Source of the DNA: the human T2T-CHM13v2.0 reference genome, Homo sapiens
Reading direction: 5' to 3' (one strand)
Assembly (NCBI RefSeq): GCF_009914755.1
Contig: NC_060934.1
DNA: 64,000 nucleotides
Positions 14,888-27,639 of this stretch are shown one piece after another. The notes under the pieces were generated by a model. It saw only the letters and a list, made by a program, of their open reading frames with translations. It did not search any database and had not been told where the DNA came from. Each line of letters begins with the position of its first letter. Positions within the stretch are counted from its first letter, which is position 1. Both the position numbers and the translations under genes were made by a program.

Positions 14888-15482
14888 TGAAGTCTGGGGC
14901 TACGAAATGGTTCTAACAGCATAAAGAAATAACAGCTGCATTCAAGACCAGGATATGTAAAATAATTTGTTTAGTTTCAGCCACTTTTTAAAGTCAATTT
15001 TACACCCTGAAAGAAAGGCAATCCTGACTCCATTGTTCTTTCGCCAATAAGGAGATCGGGAATTACAATAATAAATAGAAGAAAGAATGTTGTTTTTCCT
15101 CACTGTAATTAATTTTATGGCTCTTGCGAAGATGAATTTTTGTGGTGATTAAAATAGTCCCTTGCACATATTAGGTACTCAGTAAGCATTTGTGAAATAG
15201 GGACTTTCTAGCCTTTATTTGTGTTTAAGGAATCAGGGAATAAGTTCAAAATTGCCTTTCAAGAAATTTTTGGAACTCTCTTCTCACTAAGAAACTGTAA
15301 AGTCTTATAAAAGAGACATTATTTATTTTCTCCAAGTATTGCTTGCGAGGTGAATTGAAGGTTTTTTTTTTATCAACAGTTGTTTTATAAGATCGTTTGA
15401 GGACTAAAAGGGCTGATTGTAATCACCTGTAACATGTTACCCAGCAAGACATTCCTCACCAGGTTGAAGTAAAAAAAAAAAA
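14888..15482 (+). other. Candidate terminal non-coding exon
   Basis: Acceptor ttccattttattttatcag; unique UTR-like sequence; AATAAA near 15070; genomic A-run at 15471-15482. Confidence 0.25.
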
Positions 15483-15641
15483 TGAAGTGAAATATCAAGC
15501 TTATGCAAGTTTGAAATTACAAACAAGAACAAAAGTTAAAACACATAAGCCCTTCTTATCAGTAGGTTATCTTTCAGGATAGATCATACGGTTGTTTCTC
15601 TTAGTAATTGCAACATTGCTCTGTTTTCTCATTGAGTAAGT

Positions 15642-15652
15642 GAGAGAGAGAG

Positions 15653-15692
<40 letters not shown>

Positions 15693-15694
15693 TG
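15642..15694. repeat. (GA)n(GT)n microsatellite
   Basis: Seen directly. Confidence 0.95.
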
Positions 15695-16225
15695 TTGGTG
15701 GGCAGGCAGAGACAAATAAATGAGTTGGAAAGAAAGTAAAAGATGATAAATGGGTGGCTTAGGTCAGGTTCTGATAATTTTACAATATTTATGGGTGAAT
15801 GCTAAGGTGGTTACATAGTTTGTGCTTGCTGAAATGATCCGACCTAGTTTAACTTTGTAATGAGTTGCAAACACAAAAACACCAAAATGCAAAATTAATG
15901 GATTTTGCAATTTGTTTTATAAGACATGCAGAAATGCAAACATAGAATATAAATGTGCATCAGTCTGCAGTGATCGTTCAGTTTGTAACTGAACTTGTTA
16001 GGTCATTTATCATTGTTTGCCTATGTAAATTGCTTTGTCACATGCTTCCACATAAATCAGCAACCGAGGCCTGTCCTTTTTGTTTTGGTTTAGTTTATTT
16101 CTTGTTCATGTAAGACTCTTAACCTGACAAGATATTAGCAAAAAGTGACTAACGTAAAACCATTTCCTCTGTCCATTACTTGCATTTTGGTGAAACAAGA
16201 AGGAAAAAATAGTTACAATTCAATA

Positions 16226-16502
16226 AATTTATATATTTATTGATTTATTTATTTTTGAGACAGGTTCTCATTCTATTGCCCAGACTGGAGTGCAGTGGTA
16301 CGATCATGACTCACTGCAGGCTCCAACTCCTGGGGCTCAAACCGTCTTTCCACCCCAGACTCCCAATATTTTTAAGTTTTTTTGTAAAGACAGGGTCTTG
16401 CTATGTTGCCCAGGCTGGTCTCAAACTTTTGGGCTCTAGCAGTCCTCTCACCTAGGCCTCCCAAAGTGCTTGGATTACAGGTGTGAACCACCATGCCCGG
16501 CT
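16226..16502 (-). mobile_element. AluJ with ~40-nt internal deletion
   Basis: Lacks the agtagctgggactacagg segment near 16366. Confidence 0.9.
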
Positions 16503-17143
16503 AATATATAACTTTAAAAAATTTAAACTTCCAGTTTCTAAATATTCACTTGTATTGCTAGAATAGATTATGGAATTATTCATTTACGTATAAAAGACTG
16601 AAAACAACTCAAGCTTTTAGTATTTTCTATACTATTTGTTAACTTTACTCTGTTGTTTCCTAGCCCATGATAATAAATACAACATTGGAAATCTGTAATC
16701 AGAGCAATTTAAGTCCAAGTAAAACAGACAAGTCACTTTGCTATAGTCTCCTTAAATTTATGAAGGTGTTGAAATGCTTTTGAAAAGTGTGAGCTCAGAT
16801 GAACTGAAGTCAATTATTCAGTCTTATAGAACAAAGATAGAAATGTTTGCTATAAAAGCCTGTTTTGGAAATTGAGTGTGACAGTGTACACAACCGCAGC
16901 CTGTTCAAACAGTTCCATCTGAATTATGCTTAATTGAATTTATTTTCATGGTTATTTCATAATTGGGAATAAAGATAAATAAGTGTGATATAATTGCTAA
17001 TTTTAACAATGTGCTGGTTGATTAGAAAAGTGGTGACACATGCAAACTGGATTGTGGTGCTCACCAGTGAATTCTGATGACTCTAGGTGTTACAAGTTTA
17101 AGCTTCGGCTCCTTATAAGCATCGCTTAAGATTACTGCTCTGG

Positions 17144-17442
17144 GGCCAGGTGTGGTGGCTCATGCCTATAATTCCAGCATTTTGTGAGGCCGAGGCCAGT
17201 GGATCACCTAAGGCCAGGAGTTCAAGACCAGCCTGGCCAACATGGTGAAACCCTGTCTCTAATAAAAATACAAAAATCTTCCAGGCACGGTGGTGGGTGC
17301 CTGTAATGCCAGCTACTCAGGACACTGAGGCAGGAGAATCCCTTGAACTTGGGAAGCAGGGGCTGCAGTGAGCAGAGATCCCACCATTGCACTCCAGCCT
17401 GAGAGACAAGAGCGAAACTCAGTCTCAAAAAAAAAAAAAAAA
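17144..17442 (+). mobile_element. AluS (Sx/Sq-like)
   Basis: Full dimer; TSD ttactgctctg. Confidence 0.95.
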
Positions 17443-17490
17443 GTTACTGCTCTGCTACCTTCAGCTAAGAAACAACAGAGAAAGGTCTAG

Positions 17491-17712
17491 AAAGCTTGTC
17501 CAACCCATGGCCCATGTGCCCTGGGCATGTGGCCCAGGACAGCTTTGAATGCAGCCCAACACAAATTCGTAAACATTCTCAAAACATTATGAGATTTTTT
17601 TGCAATTTCTTTTTAAGCTTATCAGCTATCTTCAGTGTTAGTGAGCTTTACGTGTGTCCCAGGACAATTCTTCCAATGTGGCCCAGGGAAGCCAAAAGAT
17701 TGGACACCACTG
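17491..17712 (-). mobile_element. MER30 (hAT-Charlie non-autonomous DNA transposon)
   Basis: Ends aagcttgtccaaccc ... agccaaaagattggacacc; internal cagcccaacacaaattcgtaaac; ctaga target motif on both sides. Confidence 0.9.
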
Positions 17713-17744
17713 AACTAGACTCAGCTCACAGGGGCCTTAAAGAA

Positions 17745-17950
17745 CTGGCCTGGGTTTGATTCCAAGTTTCATGAATTATTAATTCTGTGTACTTGGGAAA
17801 TTGCTTCACCCTTAATTCTTTGGTTTTGTCTTCTGTAAAATCAAATGATAATGCCCACCTCACATGTTGGTGCTTTTTTTTTTTTTGTGATGATTAAAAT
17901 ATGAAACAGAAAATTCTTAGTACCTGATCTGGGGCGTTCACCAATGGTAA
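17745..17950 (+). mobile_element. MIR
   Basis: MIR core with ctgtaaaat...ataatgcccacctca. Confidence 0.65.
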
Positions 17951-19844
17951 CTGTTACTTTTTTGTTAAACAGATACTAGAGATACTCGACAGAGATTAAT
18001 GTGTAACGGCAGACTCTTTAGAATGTAGATTTTGGGCATACATCCATTTACTTTCTTGCTTCCTGTTAAGGTTACATATGTATTAACATCTTATGATAAC
18101 AAAGGTTGAATGAAAATTCACTTGCTTTCATTCTAAATAGCCATTTAGATCTTCAAACAATCTAAAATTTCATCGTTTGAATAGGTTGGCAGTAGAATTT
18201 TTTGAATCACTTCTTGATAAGGAGGAATAATTGAAGACAAAAACTAAATGTTAACTAATTTCCTGTGTAATGTTACTGGAACCCAAAGGGTTTGTTCACC
18301 ACTCTCCTGTCATTTTCTGATGCACTGATGTCCTGTAGATTCTTTTTCTTCACTAAAATCTATCTTGGAAATGCCAGTGGTCAGCAATGTGTTTTGGATT
18401 GACAGTTAATATCTATATATAGTTGTGAAATGCTATTTTTTTTTCAGGAAAGGAATCTCTTAGGATTAAAACTAAAATAAAAGTTTTATTCATTTGGCTA
18501 CAGAGAAGGGAGAAGATTAACATTAACTAAAAACTCAAGTGTTTAAGCTTTAGATAAGTATGCAGCTTTCAAATAAGATTACAAAACTTTCCTAGATGGA
18601 GGATTTAGGGGCTATCTGGTCCAATCTCTTCATTTTACAAATATAACCCAGGAAGTTTATATTATTTTTGAAGGTCATAACCATAGTTGTGGTGGCAGGC
18701 TCAGCCTTAAAATACTCTTTCAATCTTACTGTTATTAATATTAAATTTATCATTAAAAACTAAGTAAGCTCATAGTTCCAAGACAGAGTACATTGAATAG
18801 TAAGCTTTGGTAATAAAAATGTAATAAAAACACATTTTGTTTAAAAATTACACATCCTCATGCCTTCAGCCACAATGTATACATTCTTATTTCATCAAGG
18901 AACTTCTAATTTATATGACCTCATAAAAATTATTGAAAAGAAATTACTAGGAAAGGACAGTAAGGACTGGCCTATCCTCATTATTGCAGTAAATATCATA
19001 TGTGTGATATTACGTGATTGAAGAGAATTTGGTAAGGAGTGTATATAATTGGTATATAATTTCAATTTTATTTTGGTGAAGCATTGAATATTACTGATTA
19101 GATATATACTATTCATGTCATTTGCTATTATCAGAGAACTGATTATGACAGTGAAACAGATGTCAGAAAGCAATTACACTAATAACAACATGATTACTGC
19201 CACCAATTTAATTCCAGAAACCTGCCTAGAATCCTTATGAAGCAAGTAATTTTCCTCAGCTGTCTAGAATAGGCATTGCTCTGTGTCCTTTACCCATCAC
19301 AATCTAAAACATTTGAGCATTTTTGATTAGCCGAACCATGGAACATCAGTGTTCGAATCCTTCTCTTTAAATCTTACATCGTTTTCAAAGTGATTTCATT
19401 TCTTGTTGAAGCTTATTTTCACAGATGGAGGCTTGTTTCTTAGATTTGTTTTTATTCATTTGACCATCATCACACTTTGAAATGTGCACATTATGATTAA
19501 AAAATCAGCCCATGCCCATTCTTTATTTCTCAAGTAATGTAAGTTTCTACCTTGTTCTTCAGTGTGTCTTTTGGTTTTCTACCTTTTTCACTAAATTTCA
19601 GTGTTTCCATTTTAAAACTTAATGCTTTTCCTTATTTCATATTTCTTTCAAGTTATGAAGGCAATTCTGTTCATTATAGATATTTTAGAAGATACAAAAC
19701 AGTATATAGAAGAAAAATCTTGTTTATCATCTAGTGATCATAAATGACCATTGTTAGAATATGGTGTGTTTCAGGGTTTTTTTTTTTTTTTTTAAGTGTT
19801 GCCTATCTGTCTATCTATCATCTTTTCCCCATCTATTTTGGTCA

Positions 19845-20015
19845 CTAGCTGTGACCTTAGACAGATAGACTTCTGTGCCTTTCTTTCTTCATTTGTAAAA
19901 TGAGAATAATAAGAACCTCTACCTCATTCGTGACTTTGAGGATTAAATTAGTTAATTCAGGTAAAGTGACTAACAGAATGCCAGACATAGGAAACTTTCA
20001 GTAAGTGCTGATGAT
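19845..20015 (+). mobile_element. MIR
   Basis: cactagctgtgacctt...catttgtaaaatgagaataata...gaggattaaattagttaat. Confidence 0.85.
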
Positions 20016-20230
20016 TTTTATTCAGCATTGCTCATTTATATCTAATGTGCCTGTACATCTTTTCATTTCTGTTTGTATTTTATAGCAAACATAGTAGTAT
20101 ATACGTACATAGCAGTATGTTTATAATGTAAGTAGTATTATGTACATTATAACATACAAAAAAATAGAAATGAAAAGAAACAAACACCCCAATGGATAGT
20201 CTGTCATGCCCCACATTAAAAACCACTTGA

Positions 20231-20419
20231 GGCCAGGCACAGTGGCCGGTGCCTATAATACTAGCATTTAGGGAGGCCAAGGTGGGAGGATCATTTGAGG
20301 CCAGGAGTTCAAGACCAGGTAGAGCAACATCCCAAAATCCTCATCTCTACAAAAAATTTAAAAAACTAGCCAGGCATGGTGGTGCATGCCTGTGATCTCA
20401 GCTACTCTGGAGGCTGAGA
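20231..20419 (+). mobile_element. AluJ, 3'-truncated (left arm plus start of right arm)
   Basis: Alu similarity stops abruptly after gaggctgag. Confidence 0.9.
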
Positions 20420-21559
20420 ATTGACAAGGAGAATAAATGATAATATTTACAGGTAGCTTCAGATCCCTGTATTTACATTGAGGTTTCAGATTTGGAGTAG
20501 GATACTGGAGTCATTTTGATAACCTGGTACTCTAGTGTTATCTATGTCTCTTCACTGAATGGAGATATGATTCCAGGACCTCTTAGCATGCGTTGAGGCA
20601 TATAATACTCACCGGTGTACAGTAATGGGCTTCAATGCTGGGATTACTTTTTAGGGTTCAGCTAAATGTATACATTTCCCACCCCTGTCCTTTCATAAGA
20701 AGTGTCCTGACAACTGCAGCTCCCAATGTCCTTGCTCTCTGTTGATTTCTCCCATGTATTACCCACTGAAACCTTGATCATTTAACCACCTTATTTTCCC
20801 ACTGGTTTGAGTCACAGCATAATGAACATCTTTATAAGTAACACTCATGCTGACTTCAACTCATAGGCCAGAAGATTATCTGCAAAACCTAAGCCAGTAA
20901 GAAGCTTTTATCTTGCTCGGACAAGGTGAATTTGAAGGCAGCTAAACACATTGCAAATTTAGAAGAAGGATGTAGGTCTTAACTTGTGGATAGACTTTTC
21001 CTCGTATATGGGTTAATGAATATCCTTCTCTCTCTTGTGAATTCTTATTAATATAGGCCATAAATGGAGCTTTCTTTTTTGCTCTATAAAGCCTTCTTAT
21101 CTTTTGACGTCATGTTTATATTATCTGATATGATGTAAACAAATCTGACAGGAGTAACTAAAAAAAGCAGTGCACAGCTAAATGTATTCAGTGTTTATTG
21201 GCTGATATGTTTTCCCCACATAGCTTCAATTTAAAAATATATTTTTATCCTTTATTACATATCCTCCTTCTTAGTAATGCTTTTAACTTATGTCATATTT
21301 TTTTTTCTATAAAATTTACCGGACCCCTAATGTCTTTACAACGATCTGCCACTGTATCTACAGCATTTTGGTTTCCCACCAAGGTAGTTTTAAATCACAT
21401 TTAGCTCAATTGACTTATTTATGAATACTGTTTGAAAACAGTGTTTATGTGGTAAACATGCTTTTCATTGCTGCATTTTAAAAGATAAATGCAATGGAAT
21501 ACTTATTTTTTTTGTTTCACAATTTAAAGCTAAGGTATTAATTTGATAATTATTCAATG

Positions 21560-21711
21560 TCAATTTATCCAATATCGATTTATTCTCATGTTCTTTATTT
21601 GTAAAGTTTTTCTGGGTTTCCAAAGAGTCTACCCCTGTTATCGTAGGATTCCTCCATAAGGACACCATCCACGGGTACCACTGAGAGCTTCTGGCTGCAT
21701 TAAGATATTTT
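21560..21711 (-). other. Candidate terminal exon of an antisense transcript
   Basis: Minus-strand acceptor tttttctgtctctgattttcttcttcactag; two AATAAA (plus-strand tttatt at 21594-99 and 21579-84). Confidence 0.35.
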
Positions 21712-21794
21712 CTAGTGAAGAAGAAAATCAGAGACAGAAAAATAAACATTAGAAAATAAGAGAAGTGAGAAATGTACAGGAAAAATAAGTAAAT

Positions 21795-22325
21795 AACTAA
21801 ATGTGGTGTATATACACAATAGTTATCTGAAAGAATGAAATCCTGTCATTTGCAACAACATGAATAGAACTGGAGGTCATTATATTAGGGGAAATAAGGC
21901 AGGAACAGAAAGAAAGATCCCACATGTTTCTCATTCATATGTGGGAGCTAAAAAAATGTGATCTCCTGGAGCTGAAGAATAGAATGACTGATATCAGAGC
22001 CTGGGAAGAGTGTGTGGGTGGTAAAGGGGGATAAAGAGAGGTTGGTTAGTGGGTATAAACATACAGTTTGATAGAACAAATAAGCCCCGACATTCTGTAG
22101 CAGAGGAGGGTGACTGTAGTTAGCAAAACTGTATTGTGTATTTCAAATAGCTGGAAGAGAGGACTTGAAGTGTTCCCAATACATAAAAATGATAAACAGT
22201 GAAGGTGATGGGTGCCCCAAATGCCCTGACTGATGGTTATATATTCTACACATGTGACAAAATATGGCATGTATTCTGCAAATACGTAAAATATTATGTA
22301 TCTAAATAAATAAAAATGGAAAAAA
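21795..22325 (+). mobile_element. L1MA (MA4-like) 3' end
   Basis: ORF2 end (gaatgaaatcctgtcatttgcaacaacatg) followed by an L1MA-type 3'UTR and an A-rich tail. Confidence 0.88.
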
Positions 22326-22809
22326 ATTAAAGAACAGATAAGACAGACACACAGGAAAATTGTATCTGTAGTGAGCGGTGTTCTCAACGTCAATTACCTC
22401 AATTTCTCTCTTGCAGAACGTTTTTTGACGTGACTGTGAAGAGCGAAAGTATGATTTGTTGAAAAATTAGTCGGATTTTTAGTGGAGAAACTGGATTAGG
22501 ATCATAGTTTATTTTGTAAATTTGTTTTTGAACGAATGGTTCCTATCCCAGCGGGTACAGAGTTTCAGTCAAAATGACTAAGTAACCAAAAAGCTGAATG
22601 AAGCTGGACATTTTCCTGGATGCTCACTGAAGTCTGTGCCTGAATGGGTAGAAATGTAGTGACTTAGTCAAAAGTGATGTATTACAAACCACCGGACACT
22701 CACAAATAGAGGAGGGTCTTGCTTTTCAAAGGCTACAGGAATGAGGGATTTTCTAATGCGATGTTGAGGTCCTATAAAAGGTCACTGTCTTTTCTTTTCT
22801 TTCCTCCGT

Positions 22810-23131
22810 TTATTTTTATTTTTATTTTTCAATATTTTTTTTTCTTTTTTCTTTTTGAGGTAGGGCTCTGTCGTCTGGGCTGGAGTGCAGTGGTGTGACC
22901 ATGTCTCACTGCAACCTCTGCCTTCTGGGCTCAAGTGATCCTCCCACCTCAGCCTCCTGAGTAGCTGGGACTACAGGCGCGCATCACTACACCTGGCTAA
23001 TATTTTCATTTTTTTAACTTTTTGTAGAGGTGAGGTCTTGCTATGTTGTCCAGGCTGGTCTTGAACTCCTGAGCTCTGGCCTTGGCCTCCCAAAGTGCTG
23101 GGATTACAGGCAAGAGCCAATACACCTGTCC
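22810..23131 (-). mobile_element. AluJ
   Basis: J-type motif (tgggctcaagtgatcctcccacc). Confidence 0.92.
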
Positions 23132-23754
23132 AAAAATGTCACTTATGATGGCCAAAATTCACAGGGTACTGGACATTGGAACCAGGAATATAGCCCCAGT
23201 TTTGGTTCAGGATCTAATTGTACAAGAAAATATCTTGCTTTGGTTATTCACTTGTTATGTGTGGTAGGAACCCACTGGGACATGACACAGGTTCTTCCTT
23301 AGCAGGCTGTCTGCTTCCAGATGTGGTTTTCATAGGGAGTTGCCCACCCCCAACCTGTGGGGCAGGTCACTTCCCTTCTCTGCTCTCCACGTTCCCTGTC
23401 TATAGAAGAAGGCCCTTGCACCAAGTCTGAAATTCTCACCACGTGTGCCATAACACAAAGGTTCCACCAGTGTGCTCATAAATTGTAATAAACGTGTAGG
23501 ATTTGTTTTTTGCTGCAGCTTTGGAGAGACAATTATGGTGACTTCTTGCCAGATGAAATGTTAAACTGAACTGTAGAGAGTAAGGGTAATTTATCGCAAG
23601 CAGGAGGGGAAGTGTCACGTTAAGCCTGTGCCATGAGGTGTTCCTTGGGATCTTTGAAAACTCTTCTTCTGAGTGTTAATGATAGAGCAAGGCCCTAGCG
23701 GGAAACCCTTCTCCCCAGTAAGTCATGCCATGTCAGGAGTGACCAAATTAGTAG

Positions 23755-24239
23755 TGATGCAGGGCAGGTGACCCCCAAAGTGGAGCTTACCCCATGAGAG
23801 TTCTTAGCTTTCCCCAGAAAATAATTCAAGGGCAAGCTAGAGGTAGAAGAAAACAGCTTTATGAAAGAGGCAGTGTTATAGCCCTGGTGATGTTGCAGCT
23901 CCTTGACTGCTCCTGCAGAGTAGGGCCAACCCCTCAGCAGAGAGAAGCAGCTCAGGGCAGTTTTGCAGTTCTATTTATACCACTTTTAATTACATGCAAA
24001 TCAGGAGGCAGTTCATGCAGAAATTTCCTAAGAAGGGGTAGTAGCTTTTGGGTCATTGGGTCATTGCCATGGAAAAGGGGCAGTAACTCCCAGGTGTTAC
24101 CATAGTAATGGTAAATTGGCATGCCATACTAGTGGGCCTGATTTAAAGCTGTTTCCTCCTTGGTCCCGTTTTAGTTAGTCTTCAATCTGGTCCAGTGTCT
24201 GAGCCCTGGCCCTGGAGTTGAATCCCACCTCCTACCTCA
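23755..24239 (-). mobile_element. ERV1 solo LTR, MER66-like
   Basis: TG...CA termini; 4-bp TSD gtag at 23751-54 and 24240-43; reverse strand starts tgaggtaggaggtgggattcaactcc. Confidence 0.85.
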
Positions 24240-25029
24240 GTAGGTCTCTATCTATGGAGGCTATTTATTTAATTCCTTCAGGTCAATCCTCTTTATTTCC
24301 AGAATAGCCTGCCCAGGTCAAAAATTTACAAAGCTGCACTCAAAGATTGCTTGAGTCCAACCTTTCACTTCTTCCTTTGGTAACTCAAGTGTAGTCATGG
24401 CAACCACCCTAAAGAATAAATATAAACCTGATGCCTGTGCCAAAGGTGAGTAATTTGGATCTGTTAGTGGCAGGAAAGCTGTTTTTAGGGGAGGAGAAGG
24501 AGGATAAAATAAAATAAAAGGAAAAGAGCATTATTTTTCTCCATTAATCCCCTGTGATTTGATATTTTTACCACAGAAGATAAGATTGGAAAGAGAAAAT
24601 GGGGGCTTTATGAAGTGATTAAATCTCGAGGAGGGAAAAAGAAAGTCAAGTCTTACTGATGGGTTATGAATGAATGACCCTTTGGTTTTCAAAGGGACTG
24701 CGTTATTGATGTGATACCTTCCATTTATCTTTTTTCATATATCATACCTCTCTTTCATTATAAAGAATAACTCCTACTATAAACTTTTTTGGTCCATTAC
24801 AATAAAATTGGTTTTTAGATTTGTCCATAATAAACCCTGCATGGAAGACTTACTTTACCTCACCAAACTTTTTTGGGGGGTCTGATATCAGTAACTCCTT
24901 TGGGAGCCAATGTCAAGATATGCAGTGTGGGAAGAGGGAAACATGGAAGGACAGTCTCGTGGGCCAAGACCACAAGTCACATAGTTGATCTGGCATCAAG
25001 TGGCCATCTCAGACGTGTGACAAGCTTCC

Positions 25030-25381
25030 TGTATTCGTCTGTTTTCACACTGCTAAGAGAGATACACCAGAGACTGGGTAATTTATAAAGAAACAGAGGT
25101 TTAATGGACTCACAGTTCCATATGGCTGAGGAGGTGTCACAATCATGGCAGAAGGGAAAAGGCACGTCTTACACGGCAGCGGGCAAGAGAGAGCGTGTGC
25201 AGGTGGAGTTCCCTTAATAAAACCAGCAGATCTTTTGAGACTTATTCACTGTCAGAGAACAGCATGGGAAAAACTCGCCCCCATGCTTCAGTTACCTCCC
25301 CCCGGGTCCCTCCCACAACACTTGGGTATTATTACAATTCAAGCTGAGATTTGGGAGGGGACACAGAGTCAAACCACAACA
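25030..25381 (-). mobile_element. THE1 (ERVL-MaLR) solo LTR
   Basis: TG...CA termini; 5-bp TSD cttcc; THE1 text (gagactgggtaatttataaag...). Confidence 0.93.
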
Positions 25382-25704
25382 CTTCCCCCAAAAAAGAATT
25401 TATTGGTCATTGTGTTCTATTTTACTTGAAGTTCTTCCTGAAGATAATACAGCATTTCATAGGCTTTTGTATAAAGTGTTTGAATGTGCATGCTTTCTAT
25501 ATTTGTTTAGAGGGTAGAGAAAAGTCCAGATGATTCCAAACAGTGGATTTTCATGTGTGGCAAAATGAATGATCTGAGAACTGCTTCTGGGAACTCAGAA
25601 GGAGTCACTTTGGTTTGTGCAGGTCTGCAGAGCACGTTTTAAGAACTACTGGCATAAGTCATTATCTGTGGTGGAAAAGGCTGCCTGGCATGTAGCTGTT
25701 AACT

Positions 25705-25872
25705 CAGCGGTTGCCCAAGTGTGGAGATTCAGCATTACCTAGGAATGTATAAGAAGAACTCTGGGCTTCAAGTCAGATTTGCTAAGTCACAAACTCTGGG
25801 GGTGGAGCCCAGCAAACTGAACCTTAACAAGCCTCCGGGAAATTCCATACACATTTAAGTTTGAAGATCACT
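25705..25872. mobile_element. MER5A-like DNA transposon
   Basis: actctgggggtggagcccagc...taacaagc...aagtttgaagatcact. Confidence 0.75.
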
Positions 25873-25949
25873 TTACTGCCCCCGCTCTCATTTTCTAATA
25901 ATCCCAACCTCAATGTATTTCAGCCCAATACTTGTCATAGCTAACATAC

Positions 25950-26170
25950 ATTCTGTTCTAAATGGTGTTGTGGACTATTCTAGGCAATTTACGTGCATGA
26001 TTATGTTCTTGTAACACCACTATCACATAGAGTCTATATTTTGGCTTTATTTTAAAGATGGGTAACTGATGGTTACAGTGATATACTGTACTGGGATTAC
26101 ACAATTAGTAAACAGCAAGGACTGGGATCCACAGTGTTTAACTCCTAAATCTGTGTGCCTAACCATAGAA
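25950..26170 (-). mobile_element. MIR
   Basis: Degenerate antisense MIR core. Confidence 0.55.
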
Positions 26171-26277
26171 CTATTCATTGTATATACCTACCGATTGCTA
26201 GGCAGTTAGATGCCAGTGTTAGAACAAAATAGTCCCCTACCCAATGGAATCCCATTTTCATACATTAGAAATTGAAG

Positions 26278-26397
26278 TCTGGTGCGGTGGCTCATGCCTG
26301 TAATCCCAGTATTTTAGGAGGCTGAGGCAGGAGGATCACTTGAGCCCAGGACTTTGAGACCCCATCTCTATAAAATTTCTTTTTAATTAAAAAAAAG
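26278..26397 (+). mobile_element. FLAM / Alu left monomer
   Basis: Single monomer with an A-rich end. Confidence 0.85.
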
Positions 26398-27639
26398 AAA
26401 CAGTTGTGTTCCCTGGCTTTTTCAGTGCAAGCCATTTCACCTAGAAGATGGCCGCTATGAAAATGAGACACAAGACGTACCTATTTCTGGAAGCGTTCTC
26501 TGCTTTTCCTTATGGAATGGATCCTTTCTTTAGACACTTTGCCTCAGTTTTTGTTGTCATCTGTTTCTGCAGTTTGGTGGTTTTCACTGTGTGTGTCTCT
26601 TACCTCTACTCCCTGCAGATGCATTGCAAATTCTTAAAAGAGAGGGACTCTATCTGTTGGTGACTTCTACCAGTTCCCCAGCAGGTTTCTTGACGCAGGA
26701 GGCATCCAGTGAGGGTTCTTGAATCTTAAGGATGTTTGTAAAACCTCTTCCATGCGAATACAAATCCAGGTTAGGTGAGGGAGGGAACCACCTGAAGCAT
26801 TGGAGGGAAATGGCTAAAATACATTCAAAATACTTACCAAAAGTACCAAAAGAAGAAATAACTGTTGTCATTGTTGTTAACTTGAATTTCCAAACATCTT
26901 CCATGTAGGTTAGTAGAGAATTTCAAATATTTCCACGAAGTACCCACTAGGATTTCAATCCTCCTTCCTGTGGCTGTGTTGTACCCACAGGCTGTTCTTT
27001 TTGGCTGCACTTGAATTTCATGAAGTGATGCTGTTTGCCTGTAAGGGTTTTGGAAGGGGAGGATGGCAGGTTTTTTTAATGAACTCACTCTTCATCTCAT
27101 GAAAAGAAGCTTTCAGAAAAGACGATTTCACTTCATTGCTACAACATTGAGCAATGATACAAAAAAGTTTTTCACTTTAAGTGAGAAGATTTGATTATGT
27201 GACGAAGGAATCCCTATTAATGTCCTATTAATATCCTATTAATATTTTGTGTCACATATATTTAGGAAATTTTAAATTCCTTTATGACCCTTCAATGCCC
27301 TTGTTTTTTATTTAATCATAGGGATTTGTGGAATTTATACAAGTAGTTTTGCAACCCACACATGTACATAGTTTTAAAAGTGAAGAATAGTATTTTTATT
27401 ACAAAAGAAACAAGTTTATTGTAGATAATGGAAATAAAAAATAAATAACAATAACATAATTCAAATGCATGTTTCTTTTCCATGTGGTGAATTTATTGAT
27501 GTATATTATAAACTACGATCTGTATATGTAGACAAGTATTCTGTCTCGCTCTCTCTCTCACACATACACACACACAAGTCACCAAATTTTTTAATGAAAA
27601 CTTAATTCTACAAAATGAAATCTAATATAATATGATACA

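Noticed and set aside
15426-15452. p53-like element around gtaacatgttac
   Set aside because: Both half-sites deviate from RRRCWWGYYY; too weak to call.
19345-19365. gttcgaatcc, a tRNA T-loop/B-box-like motif
   Set aside because: No T-stem, acceptor stem or cloverleaf around it.
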